Shown in pieces: positions 49,697 to 60,874 of a stretch of DNA of 64,000 nt. Position numbers and translations under genes: made by a program. The notes under the pieces are model-generated. The model saw nothing but the letters and a program-made list of their open reading frames with translations. It had not been told where the DNA came from and searched no databases. How positions within the stretch are numbered: the first letter of the stretch is position 1; every line of letters starts with the position of its first letter. The stretch comes from Candidatus Dadabacteria bacterium (lineage in GTDB: Bacteria > Desulfobacterota_D > UBA1144 > Nemesobacterales > CSP1-2), in NCBI GenBank assembly GCA_963805855.1, contig CAWDVW010000005.1:32531-96530 (forward strand), in the 5' to 3' direction.

Positions 49697-49955
49697 AAGC
49701 AAATAATCCGAATATTTGATTATTAGCTAAATAAAACACATAAAAATAATTTGAATAATTGGGGCTAATTTTACCCAAACGGTATTTTGTTGCAAGCCAA
49801 TTTAGGTCTAATTTGTAGCGATTGGATTAGATATGGGACAAAAATTACAGAAAAAAAAGGAGCAGGGCTAACCTTGTAAATTATTACTAGCCGCCCTGCC
49901 CCTGCCCACGCAAAAGAGGTATGGAGAGATGAGTACGTGGTTTCCGTTTTTATCC

Positions 49956-51371
49956 TTACAATTCAGGCGCTGATTCCACCGTTTTTTCCGGCTCGAACTC
50001 GCCTGTATCAAACCAATAAAGAAGCTGTGCGGATAATTCATATTGATTCTTATTTAACTCCCCATCCTTCCTCAGGAAGTAAGGCTCATTGGCCCAATCC
50101 CATCTGAACTCTCCTCTCACTTCTAGGTTATCTAGATACTTACTGCCAATTGCAAGACCCTTAAATGGTCTTACCGCAAGCGTTGGCGTCAACTCGAAGA
50201 ATTTCGTTGCAGATGAGTCGTTAGCAAATGTCCTGAATTGATTCCTATCCTTGAAGTACTCGCCCCTCAAAGTAAAATCCACCACATCTTTGTATAGATC
50301 AACTATTGCATAACCGGCAACTCCCCACCAGAAAGCCTGTTGATCGTTCAAGTCCAAATCAGCACTTGTGATCCCCTGCTGCCATCCAAAGTCAGCATCA
50401 GCTACCAAAGTCAGTCTATCCATCAGTGTTACGGAGCCAACAACTGTCAACAGATTTCTCCAATCATCGTAAACAATTACATCGGGATCATCTTCAGATT
50501 CTTTTCCAAAATATCCCGTCAGTGCTACAGATGCCGCATTTAACCACGGAGTGATATCTTCCGTCCCAAGGGCGACCTGTGCTTCCAGTGTAAAATTCCC
50601 ATCATCGTTCTTGACGGTATCCCACCCATTATTCATACCAAGATAAAAGTCAAGCGGACCGGCACCGTAGTGGGCTCTGATACCTGTGTGTGTAAAGGGT
50701 ATGGCAAAACCAAAGAGTATTGAACGGCTGATATTAGGATCATTCCGTGCTTCGATAACCTCATAACCAGCGAGTGTAACAAATCTACCGGCATAAAAAT
50801 CGATGCCGTTGCCCACAGGGGCAATCGCATGTATAAAGAGTTGATATGGACTTATCACATCGCTTTCCAAACCAGCAGCAGACAATGGAGAAGCTTGTTC
50901 ACCGAATAAAACATCGGCGCGAAAGCCTATCAAGTCCCAGACGTCATCACCGAGTACTGGATCTTTCGAAAGTGATAACGTAAATGCGTTGATGCTAAAC
51001 TGGTTTTGATTCGGGTAAAGAGAACGTAATAGAATATCCTGGTCATTAGGTTGATGAAAAGCACCCTGATAGGTGGTGTCCAAATAGAATCCGATTTTCA
51101 GGGATTTCCATAATTTTACGAGCGCATCGAGCTCTGTGTCATGTTCCTGCTGCTTTACATAGAGCTCTTCCACCCTTTTGTCATCAGCAGCTTTCTGTGA
51201 TTCTAGTTGCTGAATCCTTTGTTTAAGTTCTTCATTCTCTCTCTGATTCTGTTCGATCATCCTTTTTAAGTCCTGTATCTCCTCTTTCATCGATTGTGCA
51301 TGCGCTTTCAGACTCGACATCGGAAATAGAGGCAAAGCAATTATCAAGAACCATAATCTAAAAAGTTTCAT
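49956..51371 (-). CDS. Putative outer-membrane porin with an N-terminal coiled coil
   Basis: Signal peptide, an approximately 70-aa heptad-rich region and a beta-strand-rich remainder. Immediately downstream of amt. Confidence 0.55.
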   Translation of the reverse strand: MKLFRLWFLIIALPLFPMSSLKAHAQSMKEEIQDLKRMIEQNQRENEELKQRIQQLESQKAADDKRVEELYVKQQEHDTELDALVKLWKSLKIGFYLDTTYQGAFHQPNDQDILLRSLYPNQNQFSINAFTLSLSKDPVLGDDVWDLIGFRADVLFGEQASPLSAAGLESDVISPYQLFIHAIAPVGNGIDFYAGRFVTLAGYEVIEARNDPNISRSILFGFAIPFTHTGIRAHYGAGPLDFYLGMNNGWDTVKNDDGNFTLEAQVALGTEDITPWLNAASVALTGYFGKESEDDPDVIVYDDWRNLLTVVGSVTLMDRLTLVADADFGWQQGITSADLDLNDQQAFWWGVAGYAIVDLYKDVVDFTLRGEYFKDRNQFRTFANDSSATKFFELTPTLAVRPFKGLAIGSKYLDNLEVRGEFRWDWANEPYFLRKDGELNKNQYELSAQLLYWFDTGEFEPEKTVESAPEL

Positions 51372-51501
51372 CTTGTCTCTCCTCCTCTTGCTTTATCAAT
51401 TTTCTCTATTGCCACCACCCTAATGAAAGGCGGATTTTAGGGTGGTGGCAATCGTTAAGGGTGTACTTCCTTTACTTTCATTTAATACGCTATTACCGAT
51501 T

Positions 51502-52962
51502 TCATTTTGACACGCCAATCGATTCGCCCCTTTCAGCAACTCCCTGAAAGTCTGGATATGCTTCCATACCATGCTCTCCGATATCGAGCCCGTAATGCTC
51601 TTCCTCCGGCGATACACGCACCCCCATAGTAACCTTTATTATCCCCCACCCTATCAACCCAACTCCAAGCGTGAACGCACCCACAGCCACCACTCCCACA
51701 AACTGCGCAAACAGAAGCTTCCCACCTCCCCCAAATAACAATCCATCTCCTGTTGTTCCAGGCATTATTATGTCCTCCGCAAACAACCCAACCGCCAAGG
51801 TCCCCCATACACCGTTCATTAAATGCACCGTTAAAGCTCCTACCGGGTCGTCCAGCTTAACCCTGTCAAAAAATAACACTCCAAGGACAGCTAGCGCACC
51901 AGCTATCAGTCCTATGATCACCGAACTCCCGACACTCACGAATGCACACGGCGCTGTTATAGCCACAAGCCCACACAGACACCCATTCAATATCATTGAC
52001 AGATCCGGCTTCCTGAGAAGTAACCAGGACACTATAGTCGCACTAAACGCCGCCGCAGCCGCAGCGCTGTTAGTCGTAACAGCTATCCTAGAAATATCAT
52101 TCCACGCTGCTGCCATCGTGCTCCCCGGATTAAACCCGAACCATCCAAACCACAAAACGAACGCACCAATAGTAGCTATAGTCATGCTATGGCCGGGTAT
52201 AGGATGTACAGATCCGTCCTTCCCATATTTCCCAATCCTCGGACCAAGTACAATAACACCAGCCAGTGCAGCCCAGCCCCCTACTGAGTGAACAACTGTA
52301 GAACCCGCAAAGTCCCACATCCCGAGTCCCGCCAGCCAGCCCCCTCCCCAAATCCAGTGCCCAGTTATCGGGTACATTATCGCAATTATTATGAAGGAGA
52401 AAACTATGAATGACTTAAACTTTATCCTCTCCGCTACAGCCCCGGAAACGATCGTCGCCGCAGTCCCTGCAAATACAAGCTGAAAGAAAAACTTCGCCCA
52501 CAGTGGCACTCCAGTCCAGCTTATCGCTGAATAAACACCCTGATAAGCTTCACCCGTCGCAGGACTGTTGTCGGCTCCACCTACAAATAGAAGCCCCTTT
52601 AACCCTAAAAACCCATTCCCATCTCCAAACATGATACCCCAGCCTATTATCCAAAACGCGAGTGAAGCAATCGCAAAAACTATAAAATTCTTGGCCAGTA
52701 TATTCACTGTGTTTTTTGCCCGACACAGACCCGACTCCACCATGCCGAAACCCAGATTCATAAAGAAAACCAGAAATGCTGTAAACAGAACCCACACAGT
52801 GTCAGTCGCAATCTTTAAATCCGCTACCTGCTTCATAACATCTTCTAAACCACTTTCCTGAGCATGAACTCGAACTGAGCTTAGCAGCAGCAACAAAAAC
52901 ACCGATGATGGCACAACCATCATGTCCTTCACACTCCTTAATTTCAATGAATACCGCTTCAT
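51502..52962 (-). CDS. amt: Ammonium transporter (Amt family)
   Basis: Signal peptide and 11 TM helices with Amt motifs (GFGMVESG, the twin-His region). Confidence 0.85.
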   Translation of the reverse strand: MKRYSLKLRSVKDMMVVPSSVFLLLLLSSVRVHAQESGLEDVMKQVADLKIATDTVWVLFTAFLVFFMNLGFGMVESGLCRAKNTVNILAKNFIVFAIASLAFWIIGWGIMFGDGNGFLGLKGLLFVGGADNSPATGEAYQGVYSAISWTGVPLWAKFFFQLVFAGTAATIVSGAVAERIKFKSFIVFSFIIIAIMYPITGHWIWGGGWLAGLGMWDFAGSTVVHSVGGWAALAGVIVLGPRIGKYGKDGSVHPIPGHSMTIATIGAFVLWFGWFGFNPGSTMAAAWNDISRIAVTTNSAAAAAAFSATIVSWLLLRKPDLSMILNGCLCGLVAITAPCAFVSVGSSVIIGLIAGALAVLGVLFFDRVKLDDPVGALTVHLMNGVWGTLAVGLFAEDIIMPGTTGDGLLFGGGGKLLFAQFVGVVAVGAFTLGVGLIGWGIIKVTMGVRVSPEEEHYGLDIGEHGMEAYPDFQGVAERGESIGVSK

Positions 52963-53343
52963 CCGACTTCCTCCTTTGAGAGGCATTTATATCGTGAATG
53001 GATGCAATAGCTGTGCCATGGAGAAGAAAGAATAGTAATTCCCTGTGTTCATTAGATTTGACACACGGAATCAAGAGATGCCTGAAACAATTTACGGAAG
53101 GAGAAAATGTTTACTGCCTAGAAATTAAGCATACGAGACCTTTAATTAGGCAGCCAGATATCGATTTAGAGCATTAAAATTTTAAATATATCGGTAGAAT
53201 CAAGCCCCTCAGGAAATTGCGAGTATTATTGAGGATGGTTTAATTATTCAACACAGATATTGGAATTTTTTTAAATATTATCTTGCGACACTACATACAA
53301 TTTCTTAAAACAATTCGGCTTTTCCGCATTAAATTCTCCAGGG

Positions 53344-54717
53344 CTATTCAACTTCCAAACTCTTACCCCTAGTTTCAGGGAATGTTAATACCACAATCGC
53401 AGCTAAAACTGAAAATGCAGAAACTGTGACAAGAGCGGATCCATAGCCGTATTTTGCTGCTAAGAAACCGACCAAAGGAGGGGCTACAGCTGAAACTCCT
53501 CTTCCAACGTTATAACAGAAACCCTGCGCAGTCCCCCTTGCGCGCGTAGGAAAAACTTCGGAGAAAATAGCGCCAAAGCCCGAATAAAATCCTGTGCCAA
53601 AAAAGCCGACAAAAAAACCGATAACAATAAAAGCGAACAATCGACTCACGTTAAAAAAATCAGCCAACTTTGTTACATGACCAAACAAATAGACAACAAT
53701 TGCCATAGCAAGAAGATAAAAAACAAAAACCGGCCTCCTCCCAAAACGATCACTAATCCAACCAAATGTGTTGCAACCTATAAAAGCACCTATGTTTATA
53801 GGAATAATCCAAACAAAGCCCTTTTGACCAAACCCCACACCTCCCTCTTCAATTGGTTTTGCGATAAACTGGGGTATCCAGAAATAAAGACCCCAATAGG
53901 CGATCATGCACAGGCTTGTAAGGATGGTGGCAGAAACAGTATATTTCAAGAGATCGGGCTTGAAGATTTGACTAAGCGTAAAACCACCAGATCCCTTTTT
54001 TAATTTCCCCTCTTTACGCATTTTCGAAGTTTTCTTCCAAATTTCAGGCTCTTCAAGATGTCTCCTAATGTATAAAACCAGAAGCGCAGGGGTGACACCT
54101 GCAAAGAAAAGGATCCTCCAACCAATATTGACACCATCCATATTCCCAAAAATAGGGACATGGTAAATGACGCCCCTTTCAAAATACGGGATGATTAGAG
54201 TGGCGAGGAATGCCGCTAGTATATATCCTATCGCCCAACCGCTTTGCACCAATCCAATTCCCTTACCTCTATGCTCCCTGGGCCACGTCTCAGCGACCAG
54301 AACTTCACCTGAAGCCCATTCTCCCCCCATACCCAGACCGAGAAACACACGGCAGGCCAGCAAGAAAGTTACATTGGGAGAAAAACCGCTGAGTCCGGTG
54401 AACGCCGAATATATGAGTATTGTATAGGTAAGAGCACGAACTCTGCCTATATAATCGGATACTATCCCAAATAACGCCCCACCAAACGCAGAAGCAAACA
54501 GGGTAACCGAAAAAAGAGTTCCTACTTCTGGAGGTGATAGATTAAATATTATCGCAATTTCTTCAACAGCAAAAGCAAAAAGCAGAAGATCCATTGCATC
54601 AAGAGCCCAACCGAGAAATGCGGCTAAAAAAGTTCTCCACTGGTGATTATTTATATCTTTATACCAATCTAATAGACCCGGCCTTGGTGGGCTAAATTCT
54701 GTTAGCTGATTACTCAT
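53344..54717 (-). CDS. MFS transporter, paralog of 40918..42186
   Basis: Collinear similarity (SDYIGR, GLGMGGEW). Confidence 0.8.
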   Translation of the reverse strand: MSNQLTEFSPPRPGLLDWYKDINNHQWRTFLAAFLGWALDAMDLLLFAFAVEEIAIIFNLSPPEVGTLFSVTLFASAFGGALFGIVSDYIGRVRALTYTILIYSAFTGLSGFSPNVTFLLACRVFLGLGMGGEWASGEVLVAETWPREHRGKGIGLVQSGWAIGYILAAFLATLIIPYFERGVIYHVPIFGNMDGVNIGWRILFFAGVTPALLVLYIRRHLEEPEIWKKTSKMRKEGKLKKGSGGFTLSQIFKPDLLKYTVSATILTSLCMIAYWGLYFWIPQFIAKPIEEGGVGFGQKGFVWIIPINIGAFIGCNTFGWISDRFGRRPVFVFYLLAMAIVVYLFGHVTKLADFFNVSRLFAFIVIGFFVGFFGTGFYSGFGAIFSEVFPTRARGTAQGFCYNVGRGVSAVAPPLVGFLAAKYGYGSALVTVSAFSVLAAIVVLTFPETRGKSLEVE

Positions 54718-54848
54718 AATTCCCTCTCCGATAACAGTACAAGCAAAAATTCCATTCGACCATCCTACTAAATTTAAACTTTCGTGTCAATGACTCTTTT
54801 AGGGCTGTTGACTTGAAGATGTTATAGCGTTAAATTGTAAGGTAAGAG

Positions 54849-56150
54849 ATGAATAAAAGATTGTTATACATCGAAACTTATGGTTGTCAGATGAATGAGT
54901 ACGACTCTGACAGGATAAGGAAATGTATTGATTTAGAGATAACTCAGGATCCCGGAGAAGCCGATGTTGTTATCATCAATTCCTGTGCCATAAGACAAAA
55001 GGCTGATCAAAAGGCTTTCAGCAGTTTGGGAAGATTTAAGCACTTAAAAGCCAAGAACTCTAATCTAATAGTGGGAATTGCCGGATGTGTCGCTCAACTC
55101 TACGGAGATCAGCTCCTGAATAAGATCCCACATCTGGACTTCGTGTTGGGACCACGCGCAATTCCGAGACTACCTGAACTCATAACTCAGATTGAAGACG
55201 AGAAAAAGAGGGGTGTCGAAACATCACTCGATTTAGAAGAGATTTTCGAAGTCGAACCTTATCATGAAAATGGAAAGGTATCCGCATTCGTATCTGTGCA
55301 GCAAGGCTGTAATAAGGTGTGCTCTTACTGCATTGTGCCCTTTGTGAGAGGAAAAGAAATAAACAGGCCATTAAAAGATATATTAAATGAAGCAACAAAC
55401 TTAGTCACAAAAGGTGTAAGAGAAGTTACTTTTATAGGACAAACCGTGAATTCGTGGAAGGCCGACGGTTACAAATTTGGCGATCTATTAAGAAAGATTG
55501 CGGAAATAGAAGGATTGCTTAGAATTCGCTTCACAACGTCATACCCCCGTGATGTGACTAAAAAGATGATCTATGCCATGGCTGGGGCTCCAAAGGTATG
55601 TCGCCATATTCACCTTCCGGTTCAGTCCGGCTCAAACAGGATATTGTCGATGATGAAAAGAACTTATACAAAAGAATCATATTTAGATATAATAAGAACA
55701 TTAAGAGAGTCGATCCCCGATATTGCAATAACAACAGATGTGATAGTCGGATTCCCTGGGGAATCGGAAAAGGATTTCGACGAAACCCTGGAGTTGATCA
55801 AAGAAGTGGAATTTGACACCAGCTTTTCTTTCAAATTTTCGCCGCGACCCGGAACACCAGCGGCCGAAAGCAACGAATTCGTACCAGAAATCATCTCAAA
55901 CGAAAGATTGGCTATGGTACAAAAAATTCAAAGTGAAATCACAGTTCGCAAGAATCAAAAAAAGGTTGGAACTTTAGAAGAGGTTCTGGTTGAGGGTGAA
56001 AGCAGAAATGATCCATCTTGGCAGTCTGGCAGGAACACCCATAATCAAGTAGTTAATTTCCCTGGACCACTTAGCCTAAAAGGAAAAATAGTAAATGTGC
56101 GGATCTCTGAAGGTCTACAAAACTCCCTCAGGGGAGAATTGTTACAATAA
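54849..56150 (+). CDS. miaB: tRNA-i6A37 methylthiotransferase MiaB (radical SAM)
   Basis: N-terminal UPF0004 Cys (YIETYGCQMNEYDS), a radical-SAM CxxxCxxC (CSYCIVP) and a TRAM domain. Confidence 0.85.
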   Translation: MNKRLLYIETYGCQMNEYDSDRIRKCIDLEITQDPGEADVVIINSCAIRQKADQKAFSSLGRFKHLKAKNSNLIVGIAGCVAQLYGDQLLNKIPHLDFVLGPRAIPRLPELITQIEDEKKRGVETSLDLEEIFEVEPYHENGKVSAFVSVQQGCNKVCSYCIVPFVRGKEINRPLKDILNEATNLVTKGVREVTFIGQTVNSWKADGYKFGDLLRKIAEIEGLLRIRFTTSYPRDVTKKMIYAMAGAPKVCRHIHLPVQSGSNRILSMMKRTYTKESYLDIIRTLRESIPDIAITTDVIVGFPGESEKDFDETLELIKEVEFDTSFSFKFSPRPGTPAAESNEFVPEIISNERLAMVQKIQSEITVRKNQKKVGTLEEVLVEGESRNDPSWQSGRNTHNQVVNFPGPLSLKGKIVNVRISEGLQNSLRGELLQ

Positions 56151-56169
56151 CAACTAACGGAGGTGTATC

Positions 56170-56646
56170 ATGATATTCGAAATGAAAGTCTCTGGCATAG
56201 CTTTAGATCCTTTTACAAACAGCCCAATTGTAATTCTCAAGGATCTCTCTGGAGAAAAAATACTTCCAATCTGGATAGGCTTTATGGAAGCCAGTTCAAT
56301 TGCAATGGAGCTTGAAAAAACACCAAGGGTTAGACCTTTAACGCACGACCTTATGAAAAATTTGTTGGAAAACTTGAATTTTTCTGTTTCAAGAGTCGAG
56401 GTAACTGATTTAAGAAACGACACGTTTTACGCAGAAATACATATAAAAAGGGAAAGCGAGGAATACACTCTAGATTCAAGGCCCAGCGATGCAATAGCCA
56501 TTGCACTCAGGACAGGTTCAAGCATTTGGGTCAAAGACGAGGTTTTTGAAAAATCCAAGAAATTGGATTTCGATGAGAGTAAAGAAAAACTTACTGATCT
56601 TCTCGAGAAGATTCCACCAGGCGATTTTGGAAAATATAAGATGTAA
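56170..56646 (+). CDS. Bifunctional nuclease (BFN/DUF151) family protein
   Basis: PIWIGxxEA...RPLTHDL...DSRPSDAIAIALR motifs. Confidence 0.7.
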   Translation: MIFEMKVSGIALDPFTNSPIVILKDLSGEKILPIWIGFMEASSIAMELEKTPRVRPLTHDLMKNLLENLNFSVSRVEVTDLRNDTFYAEIHIKRESEEYTLDSRPSDAIAIALRTGSSIWVKDEVFEKSKKLDFDESKEKLTDLLEKIPPGDFGKYKM

Positions 56647-58035
56647 TTATGAGTTTGCTTGAGATGTTTTAATTTCATGCTTTGATAACCTGTATCGTAG
56701 CGAACGCATTGATATACCGAGTCTTTTTGCCGCTTCCGTTTTGTTCCCCTTGCTTGCTTTTAGAGCATTATCTATCAATTGCTTTTCGACATTATTGAGT
56801 ACGGAAACCAAACCCATCTTTGAACAGTTATCGGTATCAAACTCCACCAAGTTTTTTCCATAAAAAAGATTCGGTAATGTCTCGGGCAGAATCACATTAG
56901 TGTTTTCAAGCGCTATACACCTCACTATTATGTTTTCAAGCTCTCTTACATTTCCAGGAAACTGATAGCTCTCCAATATGCTAAGTGCAGTACGAGAAAT
57001 ATCATGAATATCCTTTCCCATCTCCTTCGAATGTTTATTAATGAAATGCAAAGCTAATAACGGTATATCCCCCTCACGTTCTCTCAAGGGTGGAAGTGAT
57101 ATCTTTATAACATTCAGTCTGTAGAACAGATCCTCGCGAAATTTACCATTTGATACCTCTTCCTCAATTCTCTTATTTGTAGCTGCAACCACTCTAATGT
57201 CAACTTTAGCATACTCAGATCCTCCCAAGGGTCTGATCCTTTTATCCTCTATTGCCCTCAGAAGCTTTACTTGAAGGTGTAGCGACAAATCGCCGATCTC
57301 ATCCAAAAAAATGGTGCCACCGTCGGCAACCTCGAAAAGTCCCTTTTTATCTCTAAGGGCTCCGGTAAAGGCTCCTCTTCTATGACCGAAAAGCTCACTC
57401 TCGATAAGGTACTCGGGAAGCGCACCACAGTTAACAGGGACGAACGGACCACCATGCCTTATCCCAATATGGTGTATCGCCACAGCGACAAGCTCTTTAC
57501 CCGTTCCGCTCTCGCCAGATATTATAACGTTTACATTCAGCTTTGATACTCTGTTAATAAGGTCGAAGACCCTGAGCATGGAAGAACTATTGCCAATTAT
57601 ATGCCCAAAGCCGTATTTTCTCTCCATTTCCTTTTTCAATCTTAGACATTTGCGACTGTTCTTTTTCTTTTCAAGTGCCTCCTCTATTACCTTTTTCAAT
57701 TCATTAATCTTGAACGGTTTTTCAATATAGTCGCAGGCGCCAAGTTTCATTGCTTCTAGAGCAGTTTCGTGTGAGGCGTATGCCGTAATCATTATTACGC
57801 TCGTTTCGGGGCTCTTTTCGTTGATTGTTCTCAGCACGTCTATCCCATTTATGGTTGGAACTACGATATCAAGAACAGCTAAGTCGTAAAGATTATTTTC
57901 CATCCTGTTAATCGCTTCATTACCGTCTGCCACAGTTTCAACCATATAGCCACTTTTGTTAAGTGCCATGCCCAGGAATTCTCTTATGCCCGGTTCATCG
58001 TCCACTACTATGATCCTGCTCGGTTCATTCCCCAT
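56647..58035 (-). CDS. Sigma-54-dependent response regulator (NtrC/PilR-like: REC-AAA+-Fis)
   Basis: Receiver Asp context, GESGTGKELVA Walker A, GAFTGA and a C-terminal Fis HTH. Internal Met start chosen. Confidence 0.8.
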   Translation of the reverse strand: MGNEPSRIIVVDDEPGIREFLGMALNKSGYMVETVADGNEAINRMENNLYDLAVLDIVVPTINGIDVLRTINEKSPETSVIMITAYASHETALEAMKLGACDYIEKPFKINELKKVIEEALEKKKNSRKCLRLKKEMERKYGFGHIIGNSSSMLRVFDLINRVSKLNVNVIISGESGTGKELVAVAIHHIGIRHGGPFVPVNCGALPEYLIESELFGHRRGAFTGALRDKKGLFEVADGGTIFLDEIGDLSLHLQVKLLRAIEDKRIRPLGGSEYAKVDIRVVAATNKRIEEEVSNGKFREDLFYRLNVIKISLPPLREREGDIPLLALHFINKHSKEMGKDIHDISRTALSILESYQFPGNVRELENIIVRCIALENTNVILPETLPNLFYGKNLVEFDTDNCSKMGLVSVLNNVEKQLIDNALKASKGNKTEAAKRLGISMRSLRYRLSKHEIKTSQANS

Positions 58036-58511
58036 GACTCGTCTCCGAATTGCGCAATCTGCTACCAATCCTTGATAGCCTTATTAATTTGATCCCTCAA
58101 GTATCAACTCAGGAAAGCAATTTAAAAACAACAAGATGACTAGAACCCATAAATATTATAGCTAATAGAAATCTAAAAGTGCTCAGTTTTAATCGTTAAT
58201 CAAAATTTTAGGGTCTGGGGCAAGTCGAAGGGCATAAGATTGGCTACAGGCATTAATCTTGGTCAAGGACACCCACTTTAGTCATGGATGATATTTCAAG
58301 ACATTTTTATACTGAATAGAGAATGTAGCGACCGCTTCCACCGAACGGACATCATTCTCCCTTGTCGCTGAGTTCAGGTTGGACTCATTTCAGGCTCAGG
58401 GCGAAGTACAGTGCTTTACAAAGGCAAGGCGATAGCATGTAATCACCAGATTATTGTCCTAATGGCTTTTTTAGTGCTTTAGCAATCTAGATGGAAATTG
58501 CAATTCAAAAA

Positions 58512-59729
58512 TCAAGAAGCAAGTGTTGAGATAAGATGGAACATTGGTAGATACATAGCAATTACAATAACCCCTACAGTAACTCCCAAAAATACGATGA
58601 TTGCAGGCTCGAGCGCTGACATTAAGGCGGCTATGGCAACATCGACTTCATCGTCGTAAAAATCACCAATCTTGTTAAGCATTTCTTCTAAACCGCCAGT
58701 TTGTTCTCCAACAGAAATCATCTGAACCACCATCGGTGTAAATATCTGAGGCCTTATTGAAAGCGGCTGGGCAAGCGTCTGTCCCTCGCTCACGCTCTTC
58801 CTCGCTTCCAGTATTGCCTCTTCAACGACTATATTACCCGATGCCTTTGAAGTTATTTCTAATCCATCCAAAATCGGAATACCCCCAGCTATAAGCGTAG
58901 CCAACGTCCTGGAAAACCTTGCAATAATTATTTTGAGCCTTAGGTCTCCCACTATCCACAGTTTTAGGAGAAAATTATCCAACATCCTCCTCACCCTGAT
59001 CGAACGGCGATAGAGTAGGACTATCAATGTTGAAATAACTATAATTGATCCTATAATGAAGAGTATATTAGTCCTTGCAAAAAAACTGATGTTAATAACA
59101 TACTGAGTAAGTACAGGAAGGGTCGTCCCCAAATCTTTGAAGACCTCAGCAAATGTGGGTACAACAAATATTATTACAAGAGAAAGCACGAGTATAGCAA
59201 CCAGTATTACAATCGCCGGATAAATTAAGGCACCCTTAACTCTTCTCTTAATCGCCTCCATCTTCTCTAAGTAAATCGCAAGTCTCAGAAGCACTATATC
59301 AAGGACACCACCCGCCTCGCCTGCCCTCGCCATGTTCACATATAGACCATCAAAAGCATTTGGATGCTTTGAAAGTGCATCGCCAAAAGCTGAACCACTT
59401 TCAACTTCTTCCTTAATCAAGGATATTATATTTTTAAATTTCGGGTTATTTTGTTGAGCGGATAAAACTTCTAACGACTTGACGAGCGGGAGCCCAGCGT
59501 CAATCATTGTAGCCAACTGCCTCGTAAAAACAACTAATTCTCTTGTCGAAACTCCGCCCAGCTGAATGTTGAAACTAAGAAATTTTCCCTTTTCCTTAAC
59601 CCTGCTCGGTATGGGCTTAACCTGCATTTGCCTTAGGCGAGCAAGGACAGCAGATTTGCTTGGAGCTTCCATCTCACCCTTCTGAATTTTCCCTCTTACA
59701 ACTCCTTCCCAAGCGAAAACAGGCATCAC
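58512..59729 (-). CDS. pilC: Type IV pilus inner-membrane platform protein PilC (GspF family)
   Basis: Tandem T2SSF domains, 405 aa. Confidence 0.85.
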   Translation of the reverse strand: MMPVFAWEGVVRGKIQKGEMEAPSKSAVLARLRQMQVKPIPSRVKEKGKFLSFNIQLGGVSTRELVVFTRQLATMIDAGLPLVKSLEVLSAQQNNPKFKNIISLIKEEVESGSAFGDALSKHPNAFDGLYVNMARAGEAGGVLDIVLLRLAIYLEKMEAIKRRVKGALIYPAIVILVAILVLSLVIIFVVPTFAEVFKDLGTTLPVLTQYVINISFFARTNILFIIGSIIVISTLIVLLYRRSIRVRRMLDNFLLKLWIVGDLRLKIIIARFSRTLATLIAGGIPILDGLEITSKASGNIVVEEAILEARKSVSEGQTLAQPLSIRPQIFTPMVVQMISVGEQTGGLEEMLNKIGDFYDDEVDVAIAALMSALEPAIIVFLGVTVGVIVIAMYLPMFHLISTLAS

Positions 59730-59764
59730 TAAACTCCTATAATTCGAGATCTCTCTGAATAATT

Positions 59765-60862
59765 TTAACGTCTAGCAACTCTTTCAGGCCTACCAACAGA
59801 CCGTTCAGCAAGTACCCTCTTTAACTCATCTGGCTCCTGTGTCTTACCCATCGCATCCTCATATGTTATCAGATTCCTGAGATATAAATCAACCAGGCTT
59901 TGATTCAGTGTCTGCATTTTCCACTTTTCCTGGCCAATCTGTTGTTGTGAATATATTTGGTGGACCTTATCCTCTCTTATCAGGTTCCTTACTGCGGGAT
60001 TAGGCACCAACACCTCAACTCCTAGAACCCTCCCACCCCCAATCTTTGGGATAAGCGTCTGACAAAAGATTCCCTCTAATACAAACGAAAGCTGAGCCCT
60101 GATCTGTGACTGTTCATGCGGAGGAAATACATCTATTACTCTGTTTATTGTCTGTACTGCCGTGTTTGTATGTAGCGTAGCGAGGGTTAGATGGCCGGTT
60201 TCTGACAGAATAAGAGCAACTTTGATTGTCTCCAGATCTCTCATTTCTCCAATCAGAATTACGTCCGGATCCTCTCTCAAGACGCTCCTTAGAGCATTGT
60301 TAAAACTCTTTGTATCACTACCAACTTCCCTTTGATTGACTATGCAATTCTTGTGAGAGAAGATATACTCTATCGGATCTTCAATTGTCACAATGTGTTC
60401 GTGCCTCTCATCGTTGATCTGATCAACCATTGCTGCAAGCGTAGTAGTCTTTCCGGATCCCGTAGGACCGGTAACGAGTATTAGACCCCTTGGCTTCCTC
60501 AAAAGCTCGGATGCGATAGGGGGGAGGCCCAGTTCTTGAAGATTTCTGATTTTTATCGGCAGTAACCTAAAGGCTCCCGACATTGCCCCCCTCTGCGTAT
60601 AAATGTTCCCCCTAAACCTTCCTAGCTCCTCAATGCCGAAAGAGAAATCAAGTTCCCAGTTCTCTTCTAACCTATGTTTCTGTGCATCGGTAAGAATACT
60701 GTAACACAAATCCTTTGTTTCTGAAGGCGTGAGTGGTGGATGTCTCACCGGTACAAGCTTGCCATCTATCCTCAACATAGGAGGGGCACCAGCCGTCAAA
60801 TGGAGATCGGAAGCCCCGTTTTCGACAACTACCTTTAATAGCTCATGAAATTGTACTGCCAT
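59765..60862 (-). CDS. pilT: Type IV pilus retraction ATPase PilT
   Basis: Walker A GPTGSGKTT and the AIRNLIRE motif. Confidence 0.8.
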   Translation of the reverse strand: MAVQFHELLKVVVENGASDLHLTAGAPPMLRIDGKLVPVRHPPLTPSETKDLCYSILTDAQKHRLEENWELDFSFGIEELGRFRGNIYTQRGAMSGAFRLLPIKIRNLQELGLPPIASELLRKPRGLILVTGPTGSGKTTTLAAMVDQINDERHEHIVTIEDPIEYIFSHKNCIVNQREVGSDTKSFNNALRSVLREDPDVILIGEMRDLETIKVALILSETGHLTLATLHTNTAVQTINRVIDVFPPHEQSQIRAQLSFVLEGIFCQTLIPKIGGGRVLGVEVLVPNPAVRNLIREDKVHQIYSQQQIGQEKWKMQTLNQSLVDLYLRNLITYEDAMGKTQEPDELKRVLAERSVGRPERVARR

Positions 60863-60874
60863 AGCAACCCCCTT

